This document shows positions 31,785-41,710 of a stretch of 64,000 nucleotides of DNA, in pieces. This DNA is from a bacterium. Lineage in GTDB: Bacteria > UBA8248 > JACPRG01 > G963555815. Position 1 is the first letter of the stretch, and every line of letters begins with the position of its first letter. The DNA is taken from positions 448,001-512,000 of the forward strand of contig CBDHDG010000006.1 in NCBI GenBank assembly GCA_965261595.1, in the 5' to 3' direction. The notes under the pieces are model-generated. The model had not been told where the DNA came from, did not search any database, and saw only the letters and a program-made list of their open reading frames with translations. The translations under genes and the position numbers were made by a program.

Positions 31785-32183
31785 GTGGCGGGAAAACATG
31801 AAAAATACATCGTCACCGAACCGAAAATCATCACCGATTACCTCTTTCACGGGAAGCCCAAGGAAGATCCCTTCCGCATCTACATGAGATCGGAGCTGGT
31901 CGCCGAGGCCGAGGCCTTTTGCGACATCTTCTGGAGGACCGGGCTGCCGGACCCGAACCCGACGTGCGAGATCCACCACCACCCCAAACCCCAGCTTCTC
32001 ATGTTCGCGGACGCGGAGGGGTCGTTCGAGGTCGAAGTCCCCCTGAACGACGAGCGCTACACCTTCACCAAGACCACCGCCATCTGGATCCCCGCCGGGG
32101 TGGATCACAACGTCAAGTACAACCGCATCGACGCCCCGATGATGGAGACGGGCATCGTCCTTGGACAGGGCCATTACAGTTGA
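31785..32183 (+). CDS. Cupin-like hypothetical protein
   Basis: H.HP...L and WIPAGV.H spacing; AGGAG upstream. Confidence 0.65.
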   Translation: MAGKHEKYIVTEPKIITDYLFHGKPKEDPFRIYMRSELVAEAEAFCDIFWRTGLPDPNPTCEIHHHPKPQLLMFADAEGSFEVEVPLNDERYTFTKTTAIWIPAGVDHNVKYNRIDAPMMETGIVLGQGHYS

Positions 32184-32189
32184 CCGACA

Positions 32190-32228
32190 TTTGCCCCCGA
32201 CCCTTGGGTTTCAAAGGGTGTGGGGCAA
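32190..32228. terminator. Hairpin between convergent genes
   Basis: TTGCCCC..ACCCTT...AAGGGT..GGGGCAA. Confidence 0.5.
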
Positions 32229-32256
32229 ACGGATCGGGTCCGGAGGCCCGAGGGCG

Positions 32257-33366
32257 TCAGGCCACACGCACGATGGCGGCCACGGTCCCCCCGCCGGGCG
32301 GCCCCTGGTGCTCCGCGCCGCCGGAAACGTAGACCATCGAGTCTCCCACAATCGAGGAGATGACGGCGTTGACGGCGGCCCGCGCGTGGCGGGTGCTGTT
32401 GATGTCGGAGTCGTCCAGCATGGTGTGCCGGCGGCCGCGGATTCGGCCGTCCGGGCTGGCCTCGCACTTGGCCAGGATGTTGACGACGCGCTCCCGTTGC
32501 TCGGGCGACGGGCGCCAGTCGAAAGAGATTCCGGCGTTCTCCAGCGCGGCCTTCACCGCGTCGCCGTCGATGGCGTCCCGCATGACGCTGTGGCCGATGA
32601 CGAGGTCCCCGCCCCACGAGGCGCTGTTGCCCAGCACCATGATCTCGTTGCACAGGAGCTCGATGCCCGAGGAGGTGGAGGCCACGCCCGATGAAAGGGA
32701 CCAATCGCGGCCGATCACCTCGTCGCTCAACCGCCCTTCCGAGATTTCGCCCGTCACAAGGCCGACGCCCAGGGCCGAAGCGGCGCGCGAATACCCCATG
32801 GATTTGTACGTGTTGTCCGAGCAAACGGTCTTTCCCCGCCGCGCGGCCTCCTCGGCCTGGTCCGTGCTGATCAAGGGGGTTTTGACCTGGACGAAATGGA
32901 GGTCTCCGGCGCCCTCGATCCCCGCCTCCCCCATCAGGCGGCGCACCACGGCGGCCGTCTCGCGCACCTGCGCCATGCGGCCCATCTCCTCCGGGAGGAA
33001 ATCGCGCGTATGCCCGGAGGCCATGGCCAGGCGTTTTTCGCCGTTGCCCCCCCCCTCCCCCCCTTCCGGCGACTTGGCGAAAACGGTGAAATGCGGACTC
33101 ATGACCCCTTCGGTTCCGCCCGACATGATCAGGGCGATCCGCTCGCCGGTTTCTTCGCGCGAGATCCCGAGACACCGGCCGAAATAATCCGCCAGAACGA
33201 AATTGCTGAACCCGCGCGCGAAATCGTTGACGCAGCCGTTCCCCTCGGTCTTTCCCATGATGCAGACAACGTCCTCCGCCCCGCACCGGCCGCTGTCGAT
33301 CAGCTCGACGACTCCGCTGATGTCGTCCGGGGACGCCATCGGCACGCGAAAAACCTGTGCCTGCAT
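32257..33366 (-). CDS. atzD: Ring-opening amidohydrolase, cyanuric acid hydrolase/barbiturase family (closer to cyanuric acid hydrolase)
   Basis: [58 protein letters not shown]. Confidence 0.85.
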   Translation of the reverse strand: MQAQVFRVPMASPDDISGVVELIDSGRCGAEDVVCIMGKTEGNGCVNDFARGFSNFVLADYFGRCLGISREETGERIALIMSGGTEGVMSPHFTVFAKSPEGGEGGGNGEKRLAMASGHTRDFLPEEMGRMAQVRETAAVVRRLMGEAGIEGAGDLHFVQVKTPLISTDQAEEAARRGKTVCSDNTYKSMGYSRAASALGVGLVTGEISEGRLSDEVIGRDWSLSSGVASTSSGIELLCNEIMVLGNSASWGGDLVIGHSVMRDAIDGDAVKAALENAGISFDWRPSPEQRERVVNILAKCEASPDGRIRGRRHTMLDDSDINSTRHARAAVNAVISSIVGDSMVYVSGGAEHQGPPGGGTVAAIVRVA

Positions 33367-33450
33367 ACCTTCGCTCTCCTTTTCCGTCGGGTAAAAAGGC
33401 CCCGGAAAGGCCCGGGCGCGCTCACATCGGATGGGACGCGGCGGTTGATC

Positions 33451-33852
33451 TCAGATTTCGACGCCGGACACCTTTTCCGTCCGGCCGAAGTCGGCCTGGT
33501 CCGCCTTGGGGACAAAATAGCTGATCTGCGTCGTGGGCTCCGACCCCCGGTTGGCCACGCCGTGAACCGCGCCGCTCTCGACGATGAGGGTCTCCCCCGG
33601 CCGGCACACGGACCGCCGCCCGCCGACGAGGGCGTGCACCTCGCCGTGGATAAAGTGAATCACCTCGGCGGTGTCATGAAAATGGGGCAGGACGGCCGCG
33701 CCGGGCTCTATCTTTTCGAAGAGGATTCGCCACAGCTTCAAGCCCAGCGACCCGGCTTCCTCCCGCGACAGGAGCTCCTTCACATTGACGTTCGGATTCC
33801 CGGGCAGCGGAGTCCACGGCAAATCATCAAACCGCCTGATCATCGATTCCAC
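33451..33852 (-). CDS. Cupin domain protein
   Basis: PHFH...E.....G and G.VHGV.N. Confidence 0.8.
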   Translation of the reverse strand: MESMIRRFDDLPWTPLPGNPNVNVKELLSREEAGSLGLKLWRILFEKIEPGAAVLPHFHDTAEVIHFIHGEVHALVGGRRSVCRPGETLIVESGAVHGVANRGSEPTTQISYFVPKADQADFGRTEKVSGVEI

Positions 33853-34252
33853 GAGGCCACCTTTTCTCCCTTTCCAAGCCGGCCGCGAACCGGAAATCCG
33901 CGGACAGAGCCACCCTTTTCCCGGGATCCCCCCTCTCGTCTCCTTCGAATCCATCCCCGTCGTCATCGAAAGGGCCGAATCAGAATAACAAATCGGACCG
34001 CGGGAAAGAACCCGCCTGGAACCGATTTTCATTCCGTGTTTAGCGTGGCGCCTCCTTTCGGTTATACTAGAGGCTGAAATTTCCAGTCAGGGTTTACAGG
34101 AGGAGAAGTCACTCAGGCGCCGCCGACGCCTTGAGCCGGCCGATGATTCAGCCCATATCCCGTGATGGAAGCAAACGTTCTCATCGCCATGGAAGTCAGA
34201 CTTTTCGAATAAGGGTATCCGTCCGTGCCGACCTCTCGAAAAGGAGCGTCTC

Positions 34253-35659
34253 ATGTTCTTCGAACAAGTCGTACGCCTGGAAACCGGCTGCGTCTCCTAT
34301 GTATGCGGTTGTCCCGGGGGCGGTGAGTGCGCGGTGATCGACCCGCTCTGGGACCCGGCGCCGTACGCACGCATCGCCCAATCTCAAGGCGTATCCATCC
34401 GATACGTCATCGACACCCATTCCCACGCAGACCACGTCTCCGGAGCCCGGCGGCTCGCGCGGCTCACGGGCGCCGAGCTTATCCTTCACGAACTGGCCGA
34501 AATCGAGTATCCCGCACAGCGCGTCAAAGACGGCGACACATTCCGGATGGGATCCGTCCGGATGGAGATCCTCCATACGCCGGGCCACCGGCCGGAGCAC
34601 ATCATCGTCGCCATCACCGATCTCAGCCGCACGCCCGAGCCCTGGATGATCTGCACGGGCGATTTCGTTCTCGTCGGCGACATCGCTCGGCCCGATCTGG
34701 CCCAATCCGCCGCGGAGGGCGCGGGGGAGCTGTTCGACAAGGCCCTGCCCCGCGTCGCCGGGCTGCCCGACCACGTCGAGGTCTACCCGGGCCACGTGGG
34801 GGGCTCGACGTGAGGACGCTCGCTCAGCGGCAAGTTTGCCACCACACTCGGATTTGAGCGCCGCCACAACGCGGCCTTCCAAATGAAGAAACGCGACGAC
34901 TTTATCCGCCACATGTCCGAGGGACTGCCCGATCGGCCGGCGAATATCGCGCGGATCGTCGCCAACAACCAGGGAACCCTCCCCCTGACCCTGGAGGCGC
35001 CCGAGGCCCGGCCGGTTCCGCCGTCGGAGGCGTCGCGGTGGATGGAGGAGGACCCGGCGATCCGGATGATCGACATGCGCGAACCCGCCGGCTTCGGCGA
35101 GGCCCACGTCCCCGGGGCGGGAAACCTCCCGATCTCCAGCGCCGAGTTCGAGCAGCGGGCCGGGTGGGTCTTCGACCCCGACACCCCGTTCCTCCTTCTC
35201 GGCGAAAACGACCGCGACGCCCGGCGAGCATCGCACAAGTTGGCCTTTGTGGGACTGGACAGCAACGTTCGGGGATTCATCCCGGGCGGAATGCCGGCTT
35301 GGCGCGACGCGGGACTTCCCTCCGCGTCCCTTGACCAGATCTCCGTCGAGGGGCTTCATGAGCACCTGCGCGGTGACGCCGGGAACGGCTGGAATATCGT
35401 CGACGTGCGAGAGGACGAGGAGTGGACGGAAGGGCACATCGAGGGGGCCCACCACATGAATTTCAAGAAGATGGGCAAAGCGGATCTTGACCTGCCTTTC
35501 CCCCGCGGGGAGACCCTGGCCGTCATCTGCGGCGGGGGGATACGCAGCAGCACCGGCGCAAGCCTTCTTCAGGGACACGGCTACTCCGGCGTGATCAACG
35601 TCGTGGGCGGCATGAGCGCGTGGCGCGCCGCCGACTACGAGGTCGCCACGGAGAATTGA
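34253..35659 (+). CDS. Persulfide dioxygenase (MBL fold)-rhodanese fusion (CstB/Blh-like); probable selenoprotein with TGA at 34811-34813
   Basis: THSHADH, HTPGH, TGD; YPGHVGGST-(TGA)-GRSLS...TTLGFERRHN continues in frame into two rhodanese domains, the last with CGGGIRS. Confidence 0.85.
34814..34850 (+). promoter_or_regulatory. Candidate bacterial SECIS
   Basis: GCGGCAAGTTTGCCAC begins 13 nt after the TGA; GGCA/TGCC stem with a G-containing loop. Confidence 0.6.
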
Positions 35660-35750
35660 GGACACCGGGACCGGCCCGCGGTTCGAAAGCAATCCATTGA
35701 CGCGAAGAGGGCCAGGGCGGACAGTCCGCCGCGCCCACAGGGAGTGATTT

Positions 35751-37307
35751 GTGGTCACCTATGGATTCGTCATCGACAACCGGAAGTGCATCGGGTGCCA
35801 CGCCTGCACGGTCGCCTGCAAGGCCGAGAACGAGGTCCCCATCGGGGTGAACCGGACTTGGGTCAAGTACATCGAGAAGGGGGAGTTTCCCCTCACCCAG
35901 CGGAAGTTCTCCGTCATGCGGTGCAACCACTGCGCCGACGCCCCCTGTGTGGAAATCTGCCCGGTGACCGCCCTCTACACCCGGCCCGACGGAATCGTGG
36001 ACTTCGACAGCCAGCGGTGCATCGGCTGCAAGGCGTGCATGCAGGCGTGTCCCTACGACGCCATTTACATCGACCCGAACGATCAGACCGCCGCGAAATG
36101 CAATTATTGCTCCCACCGGACGGACGTCGGCCTCGCGCCCCCCTGTGTCACCGTCTGTCCCACGCACGCCATCATCTGCGGCGACCTGGAGGACCCGGGA
36201 AGCGAGATCGCGGGCCTCGTGAACCGCGAGGCGGTCCAGGTCCGAAAACCCGAGAAAGGGACGGACCCGAAGCTTTTCTACATCGAAGGGGACGCCGCTT
36301 CTCTCGACCCTACAGCGGCCTCTCCCGCGGACAGCTATATGTGGAGCCAGGGCGGGGGGGGCGGGGGGGAGACGCTCGAAACGCCCCGCGCCCTTTCCGG
36401 GGGGGGGGCGGCCGGTCCAGACCCCGCAAGCGGACTCGCCGGGCGTCTGGGGACCCTCGCCCGGCGCGTCTACGATGCGCCCCGTGAACAGATGGTCTGG
36501 GGGTGGAAGGTTTCTTTATACATCCTGACGAAGGCCGTCGCGGCCGGGGCGTTCGCCATCCCGCTGTTGGCCTTCGGCCCCGGCCGGCCGCCCGGCCCGA
36601 TGGGGTGGACGGGCGCCCTGCTCGGCCTCATCTTCCTCGGGCTGACCGGTCTCCTTCTCATCCAGGATCTTCGCCGGATGGACCGCTTTCTCTACATTTT
36701 CCTTCGCCCCCAGTGGAAGTCGTGGCTGGTCAAAGGGGGGTTTGTGTTGTTCGGGTTCGGCGGGGTGATCGGCCTGTGGCTCATCAGCGGAATCCTGGGA
36801 GGACGCGCCTTCCAGTCCGCTTTGACCTGGCCGGGGGTCGCCCTGTCTTTTCTGGCGGCCGTATACACGGCCTTCCTGTTCGCGCAGGCCAAAGGGCGGG
36901 ATTTCTGGCAGAGCCCGCTCCTATCGGTCCACATGCTCCTCCACGCGGTTTTGGCCGGGGGGGCGGCGTTGCTCCTGTTCAGCCCGTTCTTTCCGGCGGC
37001 GGCCGGCGACCGGTTGAAGGAGATCCTCCTGGGGGGGCTCGGGGTGAGCTTCCTGGCTTTCATGGGGGAGCTTTTCTTCCCCCACCCGACAAAAGACGCG
37101 CGCGCCGCGGCCCAAATGATCCTGCGCGGTCCCGGCGCGCTCCTGTTTTGGGGAGGCGTCGTGGCCCTGGGTCACGCCGCGGCCGCCGGCCTGCTGCTCT
37201 CGGGAATCGGCGGCCTCGAAGTCCTCAGCGCTCCCTTGATCCTGGGCGGGGTCTTCGCCGCCGCCCACCTCTGGGTGACCATTCCGCAGCGGATCCCGCT
37301 GAGTTGA
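35751..37307 (+). CDS. 4Fe-4S ferredoxin (NrfC/DmsB-like) fused to an NrfD-type membrane anchor
   Basis: CIGCHAC...C, CNHC..APC...CP, CIGCKAC...CPY, KCNYC; hydrophobic C-half starting WGW.VSLY. Confidence 0.92.
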   Translation: MVTYGFVIDNRKCIGCHACTVACKAENEVPIGVNRTWVKYIEKGEFPLTQRKFSVMRCNHCADAPCVEICPVTALYTRPDGIVDFDSQRCIGCKACMQACPYDAIYIDPNDQTAAKCNYCSHRTDVGLAPPCVTVCPTHAIICGDLEDPGSEIAGLVNREAVQVRKPEKGTDPKLFYIEGDAASLDPTAASPADSYMWSQGGGGGGETLETPRALSGGGAAGPDPASGLAGRLGTLARRVYDAPREQMVWGWKVSLYILTKAVAAGAFAIPLLAFGPGRPPGPMGWTGALLGLIFLGLTGLLLIQDLRRMDRFLYIFLRPQWKSWLVKGGFVLFGFGGVIGLWLISGILGGRAFQSALTWPGVALSFLAAVYTAFLFAQAKGRDFWQSPLLSVHMLLHAVLAGGAALLLFSPFFPAAAGDRLKEILLGGLGVSFLAFMGELFFPHPTKDARAAAQMILRGPGALLFWGGVVALGHAAAAGLLLSGIGGLEVLSAPLILGGVFAAAHLWVTIPQRIPLS

Positions 37308-37317
37308 GGAGCGCCGA

Positions 37318-40206
37318 ATGAGCCACCAACCGAAACCCGGCTGGATCGAGCGAACGGCGGAGAGCCTCGGATGGATCCAACGGCTGGACCCGCCGCCCGC
37401 TCCCCGGGAAAAACGCCTGGCGCCGGAGGGGAAATTCGAGCAATATCCGCCCACCGACCGCTGGGGGGACTGGGCCGACCCGGTTCCGCCGGGCACCGAA
37501 GCGGACGCCTCGCGTGAGTGCGTCCTCATTCCCACCACCTGCTTCAACTGCGAAGCGGCCTGCGGCCTGCTCGCCTACGTGGACAAGGAGCGCCTGGAGG
37601 TCCGGAAGTTCGAGGGCAATCCCCTCCACCCGGGAAGCCGGGGGCGGAACTGCGCCAAGGGGCCGGCCACGATCAATCAGATTCGGGACCCCGATCGCAT
37701 CCTGCACCCCCTGAAGCGGGTGGGGCCGCGCGGCGGCGGCCGGTGGGAGCGGGTCGGGTGGGACGCGGTCCTGGACGACCTGGCCGCCCGCATCCGCGAA
37801 AGCCTCACCGGGGGAAAACCGGAGGAGGTGATGTATCACGTCGGCAGACCCGGCTACGAGGGATCCGTCGAGCGGGTCCTCAAGGCGTGGGGCATCGACG
37901 GCCACAACAGCCACACTAACGTCTGCTCGGCGGCCGCCCGTCTCGGTTATCACCTCTGGCAGGGGTCCGACCGTCCTTCCCCGGACCATCAACGGTCCCG
38001 CTTCATCCTCCTCATGAGCTCTCACCTGGAGGCGGGCCACTATTTCAACCCGCACGCCCAGCGCATCATCGAGGGCAAGCTGGCCGGCGCCAAACTGGCG
38101 GTCATCGACCCCCGGCTGTCGAATACGGCCGCCCGGGCGGATACCTGGCTCGCGCCTTATCCCGGGACCGAGGGGGCCCTTCTGCTGGCCATGGCCCATG
38201 TCCTCCTGGAAGAAGACCTCTTCGACCGGGCGTACGTGGAGACCTGGGTCAACTGGGAGGAGTATCTGAGGGAGGAGGCGGGCCTGTCCGGGGCCTCCTT
38301 TGATGTCTTTCTCTCAGAAATCAAAGAGGTCTACGCGGCGTACACGCCCGAATTCGCCGAAGCGGAGAGCGGCGTCCCGGCCGCGACGATCCGGAAGTTG
38401 GCCCGGGAGATCGGCCGGGCGGGGTCCGCCTTCGCGACCCACATCTGGCGGGGGGCCGCTTCGGGCCATCTGGGGGGGTGGCAGATCGCCCGCGCCCTTC
38501 ATTTCCTGAGCGTCCTGACCGGCAGCGTAGGGACCCCCGGGGGGACCGCGCCGGCGTCCTGGAACAAAACGAAACCGGCGCCCTTCGACACACCCCCCGC
38601 CGTCAAGTTCTGGAACGAGCTGATCTACCCGAGGGAATACCCCCTCTCGCATTATGAGATGAGCTTCCTCCTCCCCCACTTCCTGAAGGAGGACCGGGGA
38701 AAGCTCAGCGTATACTTCACCCGGGTCTACAACCCCATCTGGACCAACCCCGACGGCTTCACGTGGCTCGAAGTCCTCAAAGACGAGGAGAAGATCGGTC
38801 TGCACGCCGCAATGACGCCGACCTGGAACGAATCGGCCCTGTTCGCCGACTACGTCCTGCCCATGGGGCTCGCGGGCGAGCGTCACGACGTCCAGAGCCA
38901 GGAAACCCATTCGGGGATCTGGGTCTCGTTCCGCCAACCCGTCCTGCGGGTGGCGATGGAGCGGATGGGCAAACCCGTCCAGTGGACCTACGAGGCCAAC
39001 CCGGGGGAGGTGTGGGAAGAGGATGAGTTCTGGATCGAGCTCTCCTGGCGGATCGATCCGGATGGGGATCTCGGCATCCGGCGTCATTTCGAATCCCCCT
39101 ACCGGCCGGGGGAGAAGGTCACGGTCGAGGAATACTACCGCTGGATGTTCGAGAACAGCGTGCCGGGACTCCCGGAGAAGGTGGCCGAAGAGGGCCTCAC
39201 CCCCATCGAGTACATGAAAAAGTACGGGTCCTTCGAGATCCAAAAGGACATTTTCCAAAAGTACACCCGGCGGCTTCCGGCCGAAGAGATGGAGGGCGCG
39301 TCCATCGATCCCCGGACCCGCGTGGCTTCCAGAGACGGCCGGCCGATCGGCGTGGAGATCGCCGGGCGGGTCCTCGAGGGATTTCCGACCCCCTCGCGAA
39401 AACTGGAGTTCTATTCCTCCACGCTGAAGGATTGGGGCTGGCCCGAGCACGCCCTGCCCGGATACGTCTTCAGCCACATCCGTGAAGAAGACATGGGCCC
39501 GGGGGAGCTCATCCTCCTGCCGACCTTCCGCCTGCCCACGCTCATCCACACCCGGTCGGCCAACGCCAAGTGGCTGCTTGAGATCTCCCACCGGAACCCG
39601 GTCTGGATGCATCCGAAGGACTGCGGCCCGTTCGGGCTGAAGACGGGGGACCTGGTCAAGGTCCACACCGAGATCGGGTATTTCGTCAATCGCGTCTGGG
39701 TCACCGAGTCCATCCGGCCGGGGGTGATCGCCTGCTCCCACCACGCGGGCCGGTGGCGGCTGGACGAAAACGAGGGGGGAGGGGGGCGGATGGGCGCCGC
39801 CCTGGTCCGCCTGGAAGAACGGGAGAAGGGCCAATGGCTCCTCCGCCAGATTCACGGCATCAGGCCCTATGAAAGCGAGGACCCGGACACCGCCCGGATC
39901 TGGTGGCAGGACCCCGGCGTCCATCAGAACGCGGCCTTTCCCGTTCACCCGGACCCCGTGAGCGGGATGCACTGCTGGCATCAGAAGGTCCGCATCGAGA
40001 AGGCCGGCCCCGATGACCGGTACGGAGACGTCTTCGCGGACACCCGGAAGTCCTTTGAGATTTACCGCGAGTGGCTTCAGAAGACCCGTCCGGCGCCCGG
40101 CCCCGGCGGATTGAGACGTCCCCTCTGGCTGAATCGTCCCATTCCCTGCGAGCGGGACGCCTACCAATTGACCCCGGAACCGCCGGTGGACGGCCCCCAG
40201 GCGTGA
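37318..40206 (+). CDS. DMSO reductase-family molybdopterin oxidoreductase, no Tat signal
   Basis: TTCFNCEAACG...NCAKG; GHNSHTNVCS; ADYVLP; LIHTRS; WMHP.D. Confidence 0.92.
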   Translation: MSHQPKPGWIERTAESLGWIQRLDPPPAPREKRLAPEGKFEQYPPTDRWGDWADPVPPGTEADASRECVLIPTTCFNCEAACGLLAYVDKERLEVRKFEGNPLHPGSRGRNCAKGPATINQIRDPDRILHPLKRVGPRGGGRWERVGWDAVLDDLAARIRESLTGGKPEEVMYHVGRPGYEGSVERVLKAWGIDGHNSHTNVCSAAARLGYHLWQGSDRPSPDHQRSRFILLMSSHLEAGHYFNPHAQRIIEGKLAGAKLAVIDPRLSNTAARADTWLAPYPGTEGALLLAMAHVLLEEDLFDRAYVETWVNWEEYLREEAGLSGASFDVFLSEIKEVYAAYTPEFAEAESGVPAATIRKLAREIGRAGSAFATHIWRGAASGHLGGWQIARALHFLSVLTGSVGTPGGTAPASWNKTKPAPFDTPPAVKFWNELIYPREYPLSHYEMSFLLPHFLKEDRGKLSVYFTRVYNPIWTNPDGFTWLEVLKDEEKIGLHAAMTPTWNESALFADYVLPMGLAGERHDVQSQETHSGIWVSFRQPVLRVAMERMGKPVQWTYEANPGEVWEEDEFWIELSWRIDPDGDLGIRRHFESPYRPGEKVTVEEYYRWMFENSVPGLPEKVAEEGLTPIEYMKKYGSFEIQKDIFQKYTRRLPAEEMEGASIDPRTRVASRDGRPIGVEIAGRVLEGFPTPSRKLEFYSSTLKDWGWPEHALPGYVFSHIREEDMGPGELILLPTFRLPTLIHTRSANAKWLLEISHRNPVWMHPKDCGPFGLKTGDLVKVHTEIGYFVNRVWVTESIRPGVIACSHHAGRWRLDENEGGGGRMGAALVRLEEREKGQWLLRQIHGIRPYESEDPDTARIWWQDPGVHQNAAFPVHPDPVSGMHCWHQKVRIEKAGPDDRYGDVFADTRKSFEIYREWLQKTRPAPGPGGLRRPLWLNRPIPCERDAYQLTPEPPVDGPQA

Positions 40207-40300
40207 GCGTCTTCGCCGGCCCGCCATGGCCCGGATGGAAGGCCCGCCCGCCCCGCCCCGCCCGACCAATCGCGGCGGGAACGGTTTGCGCGCAAGCTGA

Positions 40301-41116
40301 ATGGAAATGCTCTGGATCTATCTCCTGATCGGTCTCATTACGGGCTTTTGCTCCGGTCTGATCGGCGTGGGCGGGGGGTTTATTCTGATCCCGCTCCTCC
40401 TGCTCGCCCGCGTCCCCATGGAAGTGGCCGTCAGCACCAGCCTGGTTTTCGTCCTGTTCAGCGCGGCCTCCGGGGCGTTGCGACACGGGTTTCAAGGGAC
40501 GGTGGACCGGCGTCTGGCCGGGTCGGTCGCCCCGGTTTCGGTCCTGACCGCCTTCGCCGGCTCCCTGTTGACCGTCCGGTTCCCCACCTCCGTGCTTCAG
40601 TCGCTCCTGGGCATCTGCGTCCTGGCCGGTCTTTATCTCCTGAATCGCAAGGCCCGCCTCCAGGTGGAGCTCACCGCGACGGACCTGCCGGGCCGCTGGA
40701 CCTACGACCGGACGGTCGAGTGGGGGGAGGAATCCATTCACTATCGCCTGGACTTGAAGAAGGCGGCGGGGGTCGGCGGCGTGGTGGGTTTTCTGGCCGG
40801 CCTGTTGGGCGTCGGCGGGGGGTTCTTGATAATCCCCGCCTTCGTCGGCCTGATGGGCATCCCCCTGCGCGTCGCCATCGGAACCTCCCTCCTCACCATC
40901 CTGGCGTCCGCCTTCGTGGGGACTGTGATGCACTGGGGACAAGGAAGCATGGACCTCACCGTGGTCTGGACGACGATCCTGACCGGGATGATCGGGGCGC
41001 AGCTCGGAGCCCTCTGCGTGCCGAAAATGCAAGAGGCGGGGATGAAAATCCTGATGAACGTCCTGCTGGGACTCTCGGCGGCTTATCTATTCGTTCTGGC
41101 GGGAATCGGACTTTGA
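40301..41116 (+). CDS. TauE/SafE sulfite exporter family protein
   Basis: Duplicated G..G.GGGF..IP...A.GTSL motifs. Confidence 0.92.
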   Translation: MEMLWIYLLIGLITGFCSGLIGVGGGFILIPLLLLARVPMEVAVSTSLVFVLFSAASGALRHGFQGTVDRRLAGSVAPVSVLTAFAGSLLTVRFPTSVLQSLLGICVLAGLYLLNRKARLQVELTATDLPGRWTYDRTVEWGEESIHYRLDLKKAAGVGGVVGFLAGLLGVGGGFLIIPAFVGLMGIPLRVAIGTSLLTILASAFVGTVMHWGQGSMDLTVVWTTILTGMIGAQLGALCVPKMQEAGMKILMNVLLGLSAAYLFVLAGIGL

Positions 41117-41200
41117 GTCCGCACGGTCTGGGAAAAAATACTGGACAGAAAAACGGCGACCCCCGAGCGGGGCCGCCGGCCACATCGGAATCCCTCCGTC

Positions 41201-41440
41201 TTACAGCGTGGCGTGCGTTCCGTCACACAGGGGTTTGTTCCCCGACTGCTTGCAGCCGCAGAATCCATACGTTTCACCCGCCTTCACTGAGTGGGTCATC
41301 GGCCGGAACGGGGTTTCCTTGTGGGAGCCGTCACAGAAGGGCTGGTTGCTGCTATGCCCACAAGCGCACCAATGAACCTCACCGTCTTTCTCGGCGGTGT
41401 GCTTGTAAGATCCTTTTTGAGCGATATTCGGCTTTTCCAT
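41201..41440 (-). CDS. CDGSH iron-sulfur domain protein (two motifs)
   Basis: WCACGHS..QPFCDGSH and FCGCKQS...PLCDGTH. Confidence 0.93.
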   Translation of the reverse strand: MEKPNIAQKGSYKHTAEKDGEVHWCACGHSSNQPFCDGSHKETPFRPMTHSVKAGETYGFCGCKQSGNKPLCDGTHATL

Positions 41441-41710
41441 GAAAGGTGGTCTCCTTTTTGCTCATACACGGTCCCGGGGTGCACATAGGCCCCCGAAAAG
41501 ATGATGGACACGACTGCCGTCCGGGCAATCATATATGATGGGGTGCTCGGCGCACAACCGCCGAACTCACCGACACGGACCGGAAATTGGTGAAACGTCA
41601 AGCTTTCCGGCATTTTCCATTGTTGAAACACCTTAAGAACGCGCTTTTGCGGGGCCTCCCAGTCGGCCGGATAAGTCCGGCCGCCCTGGAATCTTCCGTC
41701 TCGCCCGACC

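Noticed and set aside
37318..40206. Selenocysteine formate dehydrogenase
   Set aside because: ORF is uninterrupted and the ligand loop is TNVCS, without the FDH C/U-H motif
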